DNA of 64,000 bases from Haliotis rufescens. Lineage: Eukaryota. Each line of letters starts with the position of its first letter. Within the stretch, counting starts at the first letter, position 1. A model generated the notes under the pieces. The model was not told where the DNA came from, did no database searches, and worked only from the letters and a program-made list of their open reading frames with translations. This document shows, one piece after another, positions 1-12,442 of the stretch. The position numbers and the translations under genes were made by a program. Location of the stretch: NCBI RefSeq assembly GCF_023055435.1, contig NW_025963924.1, positions 11,904,001-11,968,000 of the forward strand. Reading direction: 5' to 3'.

Positions 1-174
1 TTATAATTCAAAATAATATCCTCAATTGAAACTTCTCTGGGTTGTACTATGTGTTTTGTATCATATGTTTCCTTGTTTTCTCGTTTATAAATTGACTTGC
101 CTGTGCATGTGTTTGTCACGTGTATCACCGTTGGGGCAGGACACACTCACCTTTTATCATATGGCATCATCACT

Positions 175-331
175 AGACGCAGACCAGCACTTGTTTTATC
201 CTCTAAATGCGGAGCGCTAGGTAGGATAACAACCCTTTAAGGGCCTAATGGAATGACGAGGCCAGGGAATCGAACCACTGACCTGCCGCTCCCCGGACAA
301 GCGCTCTGCCCACTACACCACGGAGGCGATC
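175..331 (-). mobile_element. tRNA-derived SINE family B, partial and diverged
   Basis: Reverse strand begins GATCGCCTCCGTGGTGTAGTGG...GGTTCGATTCC (box A/B); similar to 922-1282. Confidence 0.7.
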
Positions 332-349
332 TCATTTCAAAATCGTGTA

Positions 350-525
350 GGGGCGGTCGGGTAGCCTAGTGGTTAAAGCGTTTGCTGGTCACGCCGAAGA
401 CCCGGGTTCGATTCCCGACATGGATACAATGAGTGAAGCCCATTTCTGGTGTCCCCCGCCGTGATATTGCTGGAATATTGCTAAAAGCGGCGTAAAACCA
501 TACTCACTCACTAACTCACTCACTC
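350..525 (+). mobile_element. tRNA-derived SINE family A, full length
   Basis: GGGGCGGTCGGGTAGCCTAGTGG (box A), GGTTCGATTCC (box B), (ACTC)n tail; near-identical to 6725-6896 and 52067-52236. Confidence 0.92.
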
Positions 526-693
526 AAAATCTTGAATGCATTCAGTAGATTAAATATACAGCTATGTAGCTTGTTCTCACATCTAGAAGGCATTTAGGAG
601 TTGAGGGACAACATAAGGTGTTGAAAAAGGATTACATTTTTTGTGTATGTCCAGTTCCTGATACGTTTGTCAATGATAGTTTGCTTTGCAAAC

Positions 694-857
694 TGAGTGA
701 GTTAGTATGATTTTACGCCTATTTCAGCAATATTCCCGTCATTTCCCGGGGGAGACAACCGAAGTTGGCTTCACACGAAGTGTCCATGTGGAAAATTGAA
801 CCCGGGCTTTCGGCATGACGAGCGAACGCTTTAATCACAGTGTAACACCACCACCCC
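694..857 (-). mobile_element. SINE family A, degenerate
   Basis: GAGTGAGT tail; body similar to reverse complement of 350-525. Confidence 0.75.
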
Positions 858-921
858 TGATTTGCATTAATATAGAACAATTACGTACATAGTGTCAGAA
901 TTAATCTTAATTTCAGTGACG

Positions 922-1282
922 GTGAGGTAAGGTGAAATGGGGTTGAACATCGCGTCCAAGATTATTGCACTTATATAGCGACGTGCATGCACGTGTGTGT
1001 GTGTGTGTGTGTGGCTTCTTGTACTAGTCTGGACTGATGCCGATTTATAGTGCTAGCTCACTTAGATACCATGCTGCAGTTTAACATGAATACCCCACTC
1101 AGACACAGTATACTGACTCCGAGCCGACCAGTCCTTGTTTTAGCCCATTAATGCTGAGCGCCAGACAGGGTAACAACAAGAAACATCTTTTAACGTCTTT
1201 TGGTATGACGCGACCGGTTAATCGAACCCCGGACCTTCCGCTCTCCGGGCGGACGCTCTACCACTAGACCACGGAGGCGGTC
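922..1282 (-). mobile_element. SINE family B (tRNA head, conserved central domain of Meta/MESC- or Nin-like type, (CACCT)n tail), full length
   Basis: 13-bp TSD AATTTCAGTGACG at 909-921 and 1283-1295; near-identical to 7571-7925 and 14187-14559; domain name from recall only. Confidence 0.92.
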
Positions 1283-1565
1283 AATTTCAGTGACGAAGCA
1301 TTACACCATAAGTGGAAGAAACATACAGCGTTGATTGCACCACACTGATTGTTACAGCTGGTAAGTGGGCATAATCCAATAATCGTGATGATTAATTTAT
1401 CACAGCGAATATACAACGTCAACGCCAGAGAACTACGAATCTCGATTATCCGACCAAACATATTCCATGGGGTGCAAAGGCGACGTCGTGGTGGAAATTA
1501 TTTGAATGGATCACTGAAAATCACACGCATTATACACGTGCCAACATTACACAAGACCAGCTATG

Positions 1566-1730
1566 GTTCATGCTGACTGGGTTGATGCATGTCATCGTAT
1601 CCCAATTGCGTGGGTCGATGCTCATGATGTCAATCACTGGATTGTCTCGTCCAGACTTGATTATTTACAGACCATCGTCATTTAGCTGGAATATTGCTGA
1701 GTGCGGCTTTAAACAACGAAGAAAGAAACA
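1566..1730 (+). mobile_element. SINE family C, 3' part
   Basis: ATCACTGGATTGTCT...GCTGGAATATTGCTGAGTGCGGC; homologous to 43950-44170 and 59625-59830. Confidence 0.8.
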
Positions 1731-2049
1731 AACATCATATAAGGCAATATTTTTATATGAATGGATCACTGAAAATCCCTAATAAAGCGACAAAACCCTT
1801 TCCATATTTCCTAACCACAACTAACGTATAGCTTGATCTTTCTAACTATTAAGATAAAAAGAGGCGTAAATATATTCTTCAGAGTCGCAAAGTTGTGGAA
1901 AGTGTACCATAGATTAAAAGCTTTCTGAAGCAAATACATTCCCTCCACGTCAAGATTTGTGCAACCATATGGTGCGATATGATATCGTGTTTCATTCCTT
2001 GTAGGTCAGATGATTCTGTTCCCAGTGACTAGATATTATTAGTATTACG

Positions 2050-2410
2050 TGCCGGCATTTTCTGAAGTGAACAGGTCCGGGATTTGTCTGATGTGGGCAC
2101 GTGAAGGTAATGTCTGATGTGAGCACTTGATGGTTTTGTCTGACGTATGAACGTTATGGGTTTTTTCTGATGGGAGCACGTGGTGATTTTGTCTGATGAG
2201 AGCACCTGATGGTTTTGTCTGATATGAGCACGTGCCGGTTTTGTCTGATGTGAGCACTTACCTGTTTATTCTGATGAAAACATGGTGGTTTTATTTGATG
2301 TGAGTACGTGATGACCTTCGATGTTTTGAGGACCTGAGGGTTTTGTCTGAGGTGAACACGTGATAGTTGTCTGTATTGTGAGCACTTGATGATCATGTCT
2401 GATGATCATG
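2050..2410. repeat. Degenerate ~27-28-bp minisatellite
   Basis: Recurrent GGTTTTGTCTGATGTGAGCAC units. Confidence 0.8.
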
Positions 2411-2454
2411 TCTGAGTGAGTTGGGTCTAACGCTGCTTTGTACGTTACTATGCA

Positions 2455-2455
<1 letters not shown>

Positions 2456-2486
<31 letters not shown>
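2456..2486. repeat. (TTG)n microsatellite
   Basis: Direct reading. Confidence 0.95.
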
Positions 2487-2499
2487 AGTTGTGTTTGGT

Positions 2500-2724
2500 G
2501 TTTAAAATCACTCACAAATATTACACCTACAAGGCGGGAACCTGTATATAGTCGAATTTTAACCGGACAAACCATCGATCGATATTATGTGCAACGTCCT
2601 ACGCTGTCGGGTACAGTGTTGCAAAATCAACCAAATCAGTAAGCCTGGCCACCCGATCCACTTCGTCGCCTTTCACGACAAGCATGGGTTGCTCGAGTCT
2701 TATTTTAACATGAATTCCCACAGG
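2500..2724 (-). mobile_element. SINE family C, degenerate
   Basis: CCACCCGATCC...GTCGCCTTTCACGACAAGCATGGGTTGC matches the 44100-44150 segment. Confidence 0.65.
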
Positions 2725-2769
2725 AATGACCTAACAACACGTATATACTGGTATGCATTATCACATTTA

Positions 2770-4753
2770 GACCCGGAAGTTGAAAACAAGTTTTTGTGTG
2801 AGCGCGGTTTTGGATTACCGCGATTCCTGGATACATCATTAAAGCAGCATTACATCCATCTCACACACTCGATACATCATGTCATCACACGTTGTGTATT
2901 GCTTGATGTGAAGCACACCAGTCATCATTCTATCCTAGTACCGTAACATGAGACGCACAAGATCACTCGATAATGATCGCCTCAAAGAAATCTGTCTGGT
3001 ACCAATGACGTCATTATCAGAGGTAAAAGAGCCGTGTTGGGTTTTTAGATCGAATATTTGTTGGGTTTTTGGTCACCTTGAGGTTATTAATTTTCTTCCA
3101 CTGAAATAAGTAAATGGTTTTGATGTTGACATCTCCGCCGTTGTGTTGTGTTGTGAGTGTGTGAGAGAGCTTGTGTGTGAGAATGTGTGTATGTGAGTGC
3201 GTTTGTGTGTATGTGAGAGAGTGTGAGTATGAGTGTGTGAGTGCATGTCTGTGTGGGAAAGTGTGTGTGAGAGAGAAAGTGTGTGAGTGTGTGTGAGAGA
3301 GTGTGTGAGATAGTGTGTATGTGCGTGCGTGCGTGCGTGTGTGTGTGTTTGAGTGTGGTTGCGGTGCGCCTTGGGATTTTATCAACAACAAAAATTGTCA
3401 CAAAATATACTTACGATTCAAACTGTTGAGAAAAAAGTAACTGTGTAATTGTCTGCCACACAAATTACGTTGTTGCAAGGTCTTTTTTAGAAGAAGATAT
3501 TTAAGCTCATACTTTGATTCAAAAATATCTAGTGTTCCAGCTGTAGCTGTAAAATTATCTTGTCTCCAAATAAAATCCTAGCAAACACGATATCAAATGG
3601 TCGATCACTTATGTACTCTACGTTGCGGCAATGATTAACATGTGCAACAGTTCAAAAGGGAGCAACAAGCCGCTGTCTATTCTAACAAGCGTCTACTTAA
3701 CAACCTATTTCACCATTGTTATTTATGTCGACGTGTTATAAGAGCCGAAAATTTTAGGTCTGGTAAATGCAGGATCTTTAACTGGACAACGTATAGACAA
3801 AATAGCTCGTATATCCCAGGTTGTGGTAATAGCTGCCAAGTTTAGAGTCGACTCAATATCGCATGACTTTATCCTAATTTATCGCAGGACCACCTGAGCA
3901 CCCTAATACTATTTATCGGTCTAGTAGTTTAGGGTGGTTAAAATTGATAGACGGCCATGTCTAGACGTTAGATGACACTACAGCTTGAAAAGTCCGACAA
4001 GGGTGATATACACAGATGACAAATGATTGGTTCTTATAATATAAACTGAAATTGCCGGCTCTCGATATCACCTCATGGCTGAAATATAACCCTGTCATGC
4101 TTCACCTTTACTCCCAACTGTTTTCAGCGCATGTATTTTTAAAATTTGTCAAAGGAAAATTTGTACATATTCGTGTTTCAGTTTTCTTGCATTCGCGGGT
4201 TGTCAATTGTTTCTTCGTTCCGTGTGACTGGCCATTACATGGTGGAACATTCCCCTTTCGTCTATGGGTTGGAACATGTGAGGCAACTAATGAACATGCG
4301 GAAAGAACATAAGAGCATAAGTGATTTCTTGATCAAGCACCACCCATAATGTCAATCCTCCTCAACCAAGGGACATATTTAATATTGGGTGTTCCATTGG
4401 TTATTACTAATGACAACTGGGATGAATGTATATTTCTGTAAGCCCTTTACCAATCACAAATATATTACCAAGCCCACTCTGGGTCCTGTAACTCATTAAC
4501 CAATGGTCATATTAAAACCATGGGAAATGTTTGAAAGTGAAAGTGACAAAATGTTTTCATTTTAGATTTTCACAATGTGCAGTGTTTAATTGAAAATAGT
4601 AGAATTTTGGCCCAAGTTACTTTTCCAAGTGTTGCGTTAAAAGCCATTTCTTCTCGCACCTTCACGAAGCTTTGGAATCCTGTTCGTGTGATCTCACTTC
4701 AAAGAGGTGTTCAAACTATCATTTTAAAAAACAATGGCTGCCAAAGCAGTCAT
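2770..4753 (-). pseudogene. P1: divergent candidate paralog of the secreted-protein family; candidate exons 4753-4621, 3893-3714, 3546-3415, 3100-~2770
   Basis: Hydrophobic start MTALAAIVF; AG/GT-bounded segments; DKVMRY and KDPAF correspond to DKIQRYL and TN(S/P)AF of P4-P6; 3546-3415 is an open 132-nt exon with GTAAGT donor; stops and frameshifts elsewhere. Confidence 0.4.
3140..3355. repeat. Imperfect GT/GA microsatellite
   Basis: Direct reading. Confidence 0.9.
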
Positions 4754-5069
4754 GTTACATTTGAAGAGAACGTTATAGATTGCGATTTAAAACTCAGAAT
4801 GCCTCACGACGTAGCGTTTCTTGATATGAAACATAAAAAACAAGGATTTACAGATGCACATTTGATAAAACATGCTCCATTTTTTTAATGTCAAGCCACA
4901 AAAGTTCAATTTATTTAAAATGTAATGCAGTTTTGGCATACACTGAGTTTCCAAGCTTTATGAGGTCACTTGAACTATTCATGTTATTTTGTCGATGTCT
5001 GTTTCAGAACCTGTTTGCCAATTTCACGAACACATGGTGTTATGCTAAGGTTCTTTAGGTGATTTAGCT

Positions 5070-5900
5070 CCCTGGCATGGTTGATATAGATATGAGTGTG
5101 AGTGACATGTTTGACAGAAAGTAAGTGTGTTGTTCCCTGAAATGGTCGACAGAGTTGTGAGTGTGTTGTTCTCTGACATGGTTGACAGAGATGTGAGTGT
5201 GTTGTTCCCTGACATGGTTGACAGAGATATGAGTGTGTTGTTCTCTGACATGGTTGACAGAGATGTGAGTGTGTTGTTCTCTGACATGGTTGACAGAGAT
5301 ATGAGTGTGTTGTTCCCTGACATGGTTGACAGAGATGTTAGTGCGTTGTTCCCTGACATGGTTGACAGAGATATGAGTGTGTTGCTCTCTGACATGGTTG
5401 ACAGAGATATGAGTGTGTTGCTCTCTGACATGGTTGACAGAGATATGAGTGTATTGTTCTCTGACATGGTTGACAGAGATATGAGTGTGTTGTTCTCTGA
5501 CATGGTTGCCAGAGATATGAGTGTGTTGTTCTCTGACATGGTTGACAGAGATGTGAGTGTGTTGTTCTCTGACATGGTTGACAGAGATATGAGTGTGTTG
5601 TTCTCTGACATGGTTGACAGAGATATGAGTGTGTTGCTCTCTGACATGGTTGACAGAGATATGAGTGTATTGTTCTCTGACATGGTTGACAGAGATATGA
5701 GTGTGTTGTTCTCTGACATGGTTGACAGAGATATGAGTGTGTTGCTCTCTGACATGGTTGACAGAGATATGAGTGTATTGTTCTCTGACATGGTTGACAG
5801 AGATATGAGTGTGTTGTTCTCTGACATGGTTGACAGAGATATGAGTGTGTTGTTTCCTGACAAGGTTTACATGAGTGTGTTGTTTCCTGAAGTGGCACAC
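5070..5900. repeat. 36-bp minisatellite, ~22 copies
   Basis: Unit GAGTGTGTTGTTCTCTGACATGGTTGACAGAGATAT; 12-aa periodic ORFs. Confidence 0.97.
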
Positions 5901-5939
5901 AGAGATGATAACATCTGTACTTCTGATGAAGCATGAGTA

Positions 5940-6440
5940 CCATCTTTAGAGAGTCTCTTTATGCCGATCATTTTTCCAGCAGTTCCAGTCTTTGGTGTCT
6001 ACATTTAACACATTTTAAGGTACAATCGAGCATGTTCATTCCGTGAAGATTTCAAAGAGGGTCACATGACTCTTGCTCAAACATTTCTTCGATCATTTCA
6101 ATGCTCAGTAAATCTTTCAAATTGTTTTATGATAGACATTCGGATAACATTTCTTGACACATCAGTGACAAAAATTATGTCCGGTGCAATTCCCTATTTT
6201 GACTTGCACCACATGTTTCCGTGTTTCTTGTTTCAGGTAAACATTTGACTAGCCTTTGCATGTGTTTATGACGGGTGCTACCGATGGGGTAGGATTCTTT
6301 CACCTTTTCGCGAACACCTGGCATCATAACTATTTAAAAGTGATTCATAAACACATACACATGATACAGTTGGAATCGTACTATCGACTCTGCTTTTAGT
6401 AGAGATTTCTTATGAATATGGAAGTGATTTTATCACTTTT
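5940..6440 (+). mobile_element. Penelope-like retroelement 3' fragment
   Basis: Similar to 18250-18600 and to the reverse complement of 38040-38500. Confidence 0.6.
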
Positions 6441-6724
6441 ATTTAATTAAACATCAAACAACAAGGTCATCAGCGCAAGTATCACAATGTATAGATTCAG
6501 CTAGTCTTTATCAGTCGCAGTTGTCTTCGTTTCCTTCATATCTATGTTATATGTATATCATGTACACATATAGCTATAACAGGGATATCTCGTATGGGAG
6601 CCTTCAAAAATAGTAATCTCCTGATCTGACGTTGTTTGAATGTAGCGAACTGTTTCGCTTTCGTTCATGTCCATGTAGCGAACGCACCAATCTTACTCAA
6701 ACGAATTCCTTTCATAGATGAGTC

Positions 6725-6896
6725 GAGTGAGTGAGTGAGTGAGTATGGTTTTACGCCGATTTGAGCAATATTCCAGAATATCACGGCGGGGGACACCAGA
6801 AATGGGCTTCACACATTGTACCCATGTCGGGAATCGAACCAGGGTCTTCGGCGTGACGAGCGAACGCTTTATCCACTAGGCTACCCGACCGCCCCA
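6725..6896 (-). mobile_element. SINE family A, full length
   Basis: 12-bp TSD CATAGATGAGTC at 6713-6724 and 6897-6908. Confidence 0.95.
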
Positions 6897-7570
6897 CATA
6901 GATGAGTCTAGGAGGCGCTCGTTTGATTTGTGAAATTGATCAGATCAAAACCGTTTCTGTAAGGTAAGTTCGTTACGTTATGAATTAATTTCAAAATTCA
7001 ATACTTTCGTATATCCCTCATTTCACGATGCTGATTTTGAATGAAACTCTAATGCAATACTTGTGTGTTAGTAAAACACCTTCTGTAGGAGAAGGTCACA
7101 GATATGTGTTTTACTTCAAACGATTTATTCCACATTTTGCAATAAATCTACATCCAAGGTTGTTGAACCAGGGATCACAAATCAGCGTAATATGTAACAT
7201 TTATGTGGAGGAGTTTACCTCGAGCTAAACCGTTTACCTCACATTCGAAGCTTTTCTGACACACAAATCTACTAAATTGTATTACGAGCTACCAAACCCA
7301 CGTCAATATATAGTTAGGTAACGCTTAAGTGTGCGCATATTTGGAAATACTAATCCAATTAATTTCGGTGGCATTCAACCTGACCACGCTGGCGCTCTGT
7401 ACATATATTATTTGAACCATCAGTACTTATCTCCCCTACATTTGGTCTCACAGTGGCCAGATGACCCTTTTACCATGTACATTTCACTTATTCTCATAAA
7501 GCCTCACACGAGTAAGCTTATGTTTATGATTAAATATAAAGATTCTAACCATCTCTTTAAATCTTTAAAG

Positions 7571-7925
7571 GTGAAGTGAAATGGGGTTTAACGTCGCGTC
7601 CAAGATTATTGATTGCACTTATATAGCGACGTGCATGTACGTGTGTGTGTTTGTTAGGCTTCTTGTACTAGTCCGGACTGATGCCGATTTATAGTGCTAG
7701 CTCACTGAGATACCATGCCGCAGTTTAACATGAATACACCACTCAGACACAGTATACTGAATCCGAGCCGACCAGTCCTTGTTTTAGCCCTTTAATGCCG
7801 AACGCCAGACAGGGTAACAACAAGTACCATCTTTTAACGTCTTTTGGTATGACGCGGTCGGGGATCGAACCCCGGACCTTCCACTCTCCGGGCGGACGCT
7901 CTACCACTATACCACGGAGGCGGTC
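7571..7925 (-). mobile_element. SINE family B, full length
   Basis: 13-bp TSD TAAATCTTTAAAG at 7558-7570 and 7926-7938. Confidence 0.95.
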
Positions 7926-8224
7926 TAAATCTTTAAAGCATTTGGGATAATCATATTTGCGTCTCTGTCTCAAAAGCCTCCCGAGGATTCCAGTTTCGGA
8001 TTGGTCCGCAGCAACCTGTTCCTGACGGTAGCGACTCAATGGATCTGGTGGTCAGGCTCGGTGACTTGGTGACGATTTTTACAGACCTCCGTCAAATAGC
8101 TGGAATACTGCTGACGTTGCACAACAAACAAACATCAAAAGAGAATGGCACAAGTTCATGGGGCCTGCACTCGTGGCTTCTGTCTTCTTAGGCGCCTCAA
8201 TTCCCTGAGGTGTTGTCACACTTA

Positions 8225-8413
8225 AGGGGCATTCACACGGTACAACTAGTTGTATACAATTTGTTGCATGCAACACATTGCATCGTGTGAACGGGCAAGT
8301 CGGTCCAACTTTTGACGCATGCAACTTGTTGGACGTGAGTTGTACGGAATAGGACATGCTCTATTTTCATGCGACAAGTTGTATACAACTAGTTGTACCG
8401 TGTGAAGGCCCCT
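8225..8413. mobile_element. PIF/Harbinger-type MITE
   Basis: ~45-bp TIRs AGGGGCATTCACACGGTACAACTAGTTGTATACAA / TTGTATACAACTAGTTGTACCGTGTGAAGGCCCCT; TTA TSD at 8222-8224 and 8414-8416. Confidence 0.85.
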
Positions 8414-9182
8414 TTAGGCGTGTCAGAACACTATTATCGTGGGTTCGAATCCCACATTCTTCCTGGGGAAGAACACATTATGTTTGTAGGTTTGTCAGCA
8501 CCTTACCCATGCTTGTGTGTTTCCCCGAAGTGGTAAGCGTGTAAGAGGCGCATTACTGAGTGAATTCCCCCATCGTCAAGTAATACGCCATGACATACCC
8601 TCCAAAGAACCGTTATAACTCACTCACTCAAATGAGGCTCACCTAGGTGCGTAACGTCGTGAGGGAAAGGTCAGGCAAAGGATATATATATAGTTTCCGT
8701 CAATTCGTGGTTAACGATATTATTAGTCGGAAAGTTGAATGGTGATCACAAACTCCGCGTAGAGGTGAGGTGAGGTGAGGTGTGGTGAAATGGAGTTTAA
8801 CGTCGCGTTCAAGTTTTCTTCACCTACAACGTCCATAGCGATCGTGTTTAGCGACAACTTGAAGTGTCTATTTTAAAGCCATAACACGATGAATTTATCA
8901 CATGTCAGTTATGATATATATAACACAGGAACATAAAGCATGGGCAGATGTTCGCGAACAGGGTAAGCATATCCTGCTCCTCCGGTAGTTGTTTGTTGCC
9001 TAACGCGCACACCAGTACTCCTGCCATGCGACAGCCGTCTGCAAACAATTGAGTCTTGACCAGACAATCCAGTGACACGATAGAGCGTCTGCATGAGAAC
9101 GCTTTCAAAGAGTCGCCAGGAAACGAGGTGTGTTGATTCAGCTACTGTGTCCACGCTTTGATGCCCGCCGGTTAATAAGCTC

Positions 9183-9183
<1 letters not shown>

Positions 9184-9222
<39 letters not shown>
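9184..9222. repeat. (TCA)n microsatellite
   Basis: Direct reading. Confidence 0.95.
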
Positions 9223-9929
9223 GTATTACACGTGGCTTTTTGTCTGGATGATTCAAATCCTTCATCAGTTTCTTGATTAGTCCGAACACGCCTTCATTAT
9301 GCCATGTTTATGACAGACCGACATGCTTTAAGGTGAAAAACGAAAAACGGTGATTTCAAGCGTTAAGAGATATTTCTCGCTGAACGCCGATTAGGAGTAG
9401 CTAATCTGAGAAACAACTCTCAGAATAAAGACATGATACAGGAGAATTTCATCCCCAAAAGTAAGGTTACAACATATTATCTTTTCAATCTTTCATATTA
9501 TCAATATTAAATCAAAATGATTACATAAAGTACAAATAATTTCAGGCATCGAGGACGTGTATTTTCAGCAAAGTTTCGTTTGACATTTTTTAGGAACTGA
9601 ACCAATATTAAAAGCCATTGTAGTTCTTTAGACAACAGATCACCTTGCATAAAACAATTTTAGTACCAAGACTATCGAAACTCGCATTCGTTAACATATA
9701 ACTCTCATAAAACAGAAGGGTATATTCGAAAATAACAGGTGATTAGAGAAAAACAAAAGAGGCATCGAGTGATAGTAATGTACGTATAAGACACAAGGAA
9801 GGGCTATGTGTAATCTGACAATCCACAGAATATGTTGGCGGTGTGTTGTAAGGGTGCAAACAACCAAGAAAGACGACAGGGTGTGTAGTCAAAACATGAA
9901 CGTTTGAGACGACTTGATAAAAAATGGGC

Positions 9930-11097
9930 ATTGCCCCAACTATTGGACGGCGGGCCCTGTCCAATAAATCTGCAATGGCAATTTTGAGGGAGTTTTGTGG
10001 ATTAACGTAGCTGGCAGCCTTTGACGTCGGCGAACACGTCTCCCGGTCATGTCCCGGATGTGCTTTATGGAGGAAAGGTCAGGACTAATCGCTCGCCATT
10101 GTAGTCTTGTGATGTTTTGTTGTTGTTTTTCTTCTGCTGGAAGTAGCCAGTTACGATACATGCACAGTGGGCGCGAGCGTTATCGTCTTGAAAGACAAAA
10201 CGTTGACCAGCATGGCTCACACACGACACAACTAGTGGCTCTAGTAAGCTGACCTTGAAGTATTGTCCAGTGACCTTTTCATGAACAAAATGCAATGGCG
10301 TTCTGGCAGTCATATCGCCCAATATCATTACAAACCCACCCCAAATCTGTCATGATGTCTCACGTCGACGTTCATGATGTTTTCTTCGGACGTCTCCAGA
10401 CACGTCCTCACCTATCCGGAGAGTCAAGTGTAAATCTGAGGACCTTACACAATACCATTAGCGATTCCCCACTTTCTACGCTCTATACACCATTGACATC
10501 TGGTTAGAATGTGCAGATTAGCTGTATGCAGACGCTTCTGGTGAGTACCTTAAACTCCGGTGGCCTGGTGCAAGTGAACGGCGATGTGATTGGTTGTTAG
10601 GGCTAGATTCCTTAAAGCCTACTTTCTGAAGAATCGCTTCTGAACTTGTGTTGTTGACCGAGGGCACCCTGTACCGGACCGATCATTAACATATTGTGTC
10701 TGCATAAACATGTTCCAAAGTCTGCAAATTACAGAACAAATTGGCTATTTCTCGCAGAGTTCTTCCAGTTTGAAGAATGACAGAAGCCTCAACGCGTTCA
10801 TAACGCTGCAGACAACGCAAAGATGGAGAGCTTACGTGTTACCGTGGATGATGAAAAGCAGCGATACTCATGGCACAGAGCGAGTGATCACCTTTCACTG
10901 ATGTGTCAAAATATAAAATGACCCCTACCCACGTGCACGGAGGAATTGCATAGTCCACTCTGAATGTTTCGGGTGGGTAGGGGCGTTAAGTTTTGGTTCC
11001 GAAACTGTTCCTTATCTGGCAGTCTTTTTAAAAGCTGATCAAACATCTGACGACCGATCATTTTTATTTCATGATGCCCTATTGTTTTTTAGTGTAT
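9930..11097 (-). mobile_element. Tc1/mariner DNA transposon relic (frameshifted DDE transposase)
   Basis: FVFQDDNARAH and WRAISPDLSSIKHI resemble Tc1 FQQDNAxxH and WPxxSPDLNPIE motifs; TA-CACT-like terminus near 11097. Confidence 0.8.
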
Positions 11098-12442
11098 AGA
11101 ATTTTGATTGTCATTACACAAAGATCGTTATGTGGAGCGGCCATATTTTCATAACGATACTTGTGCATTTGCATTTGACCATCAACATTATTACCAATAC
11201 GATTTTCGAAAGTTGAGAAAGAATAAAGAAGAAATTGATATTTCTTGTGACATGAGGGAGTCAGTTTGGTTTTATGCCGCTTTCAACATAACTGAAATCC
11301 ATGAGCACGGGTATCATGCTGACAGACCTTGAAACATAAACAGGGCGAATCTAAAATTGGATCATAGGTTTCTGGTTCGCACAGCGAATTGTGCCGCTTT
11401 AGACAACTGTTCTATTTTGTAAAACTTTATGTTGCATATGATTGTCCGTTGTCCAGTTTAACGAGGTCCCTTTTATAGAAAGTAGGTGGTGATGAGGATG
11501 TGTATTCTGATTTTCAGTTACCAAGTTTACATTGGGAACATAACAGAGGGTTAAATCCCTATGAAATCTGGTAGGTGGCGTTTAAGTACTTTCTCTATGT
11601 TTCGCCTTACAAAGAATTACAAGCTTAGAACCCATTATATCCACTTAAGCGTTCTTAATGGATAATATGATGCCATTATAATGGACTTGAATCGACTGTA
11701 AGGCACTATAATGGCCGACAGCATACAGTTCGCCTGTTTCATGTTTATTTATTTCACGCTTCTATATTCTATGTATAAGTTGACGTCGGTAAAGACGTCT
11801 TAATAGGCAATCGAACCTGAAGCCAGTTTTCATCAATCTTAATAATAGTTACATTTGGCTCACATATCATATTTATAATTTTCATTTCATATTTTAATGT
11901 CATGTTACATTGAGGAATAACCATTTAATAAAACTGGAAAACTAAATTGCAAATTAAAAATATATTGTTCGCTGGAAAAGCTGGTTGCCTTCAAAAGTAT
12001 GTAAAAGAGGAAACGTGCACATACGGTGTAGAGTTATTGTATATATTTGAAAACATCAATCGAATTATTTAAACCAGCTATGTTACTTCCTTTACGTGTG
12101 GAGGTCGATTCAAAGATTCTTGCAACTGTGCAATTCAGATGCCACAATGTTGAAACGACCTATGATCACCTAGAGTTGATGTCACGGCGCCCACAGACAA
12201 ACAGATATGTAAATATCAGTATGAATATAATTACACAGCCTTCGTTATATTCAATTCGGAACAATCCGTATATGTCCCTTTACAATATACAGATATTCAG
12301 TTCCGAATGTTTCGCTAGCTCTTACCGAGAATTTAGAGGCCTCGAAGCTGTTCAGAAAGATTAGATATTTAAATGAGATTGTGTAAAATGTAAATGCTTT
12401 ATATTCTTGTTGTTCCAGATATTTTGATACAACGATCATATT

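Noticed and set aside
350-425. Functional tRNA genes at SINE heads
   Set aside because: Box A/B continue into SINE bodies with repeat tails and TSDs; no proper acceptor-stem closure.
2050-2410. Hammerhead ribozyme array suggested by repeated CTGATGA
   Set aside because: No suitably placed GAAA core or flanking stems; most units read CTGATGT.
2266-3401. Poly-N/Q/C and HT-rich ORFs
   Set aside because: Translations of (TTG)n and GT/GA microsatellites.
5045-5943. Overlapping 200-280 aa repeat ORFs
   Set aside because: 36-bp minisatellite artefacts; the same applies to ORFs at 35-36 kb and 47.4-49.3 kb.
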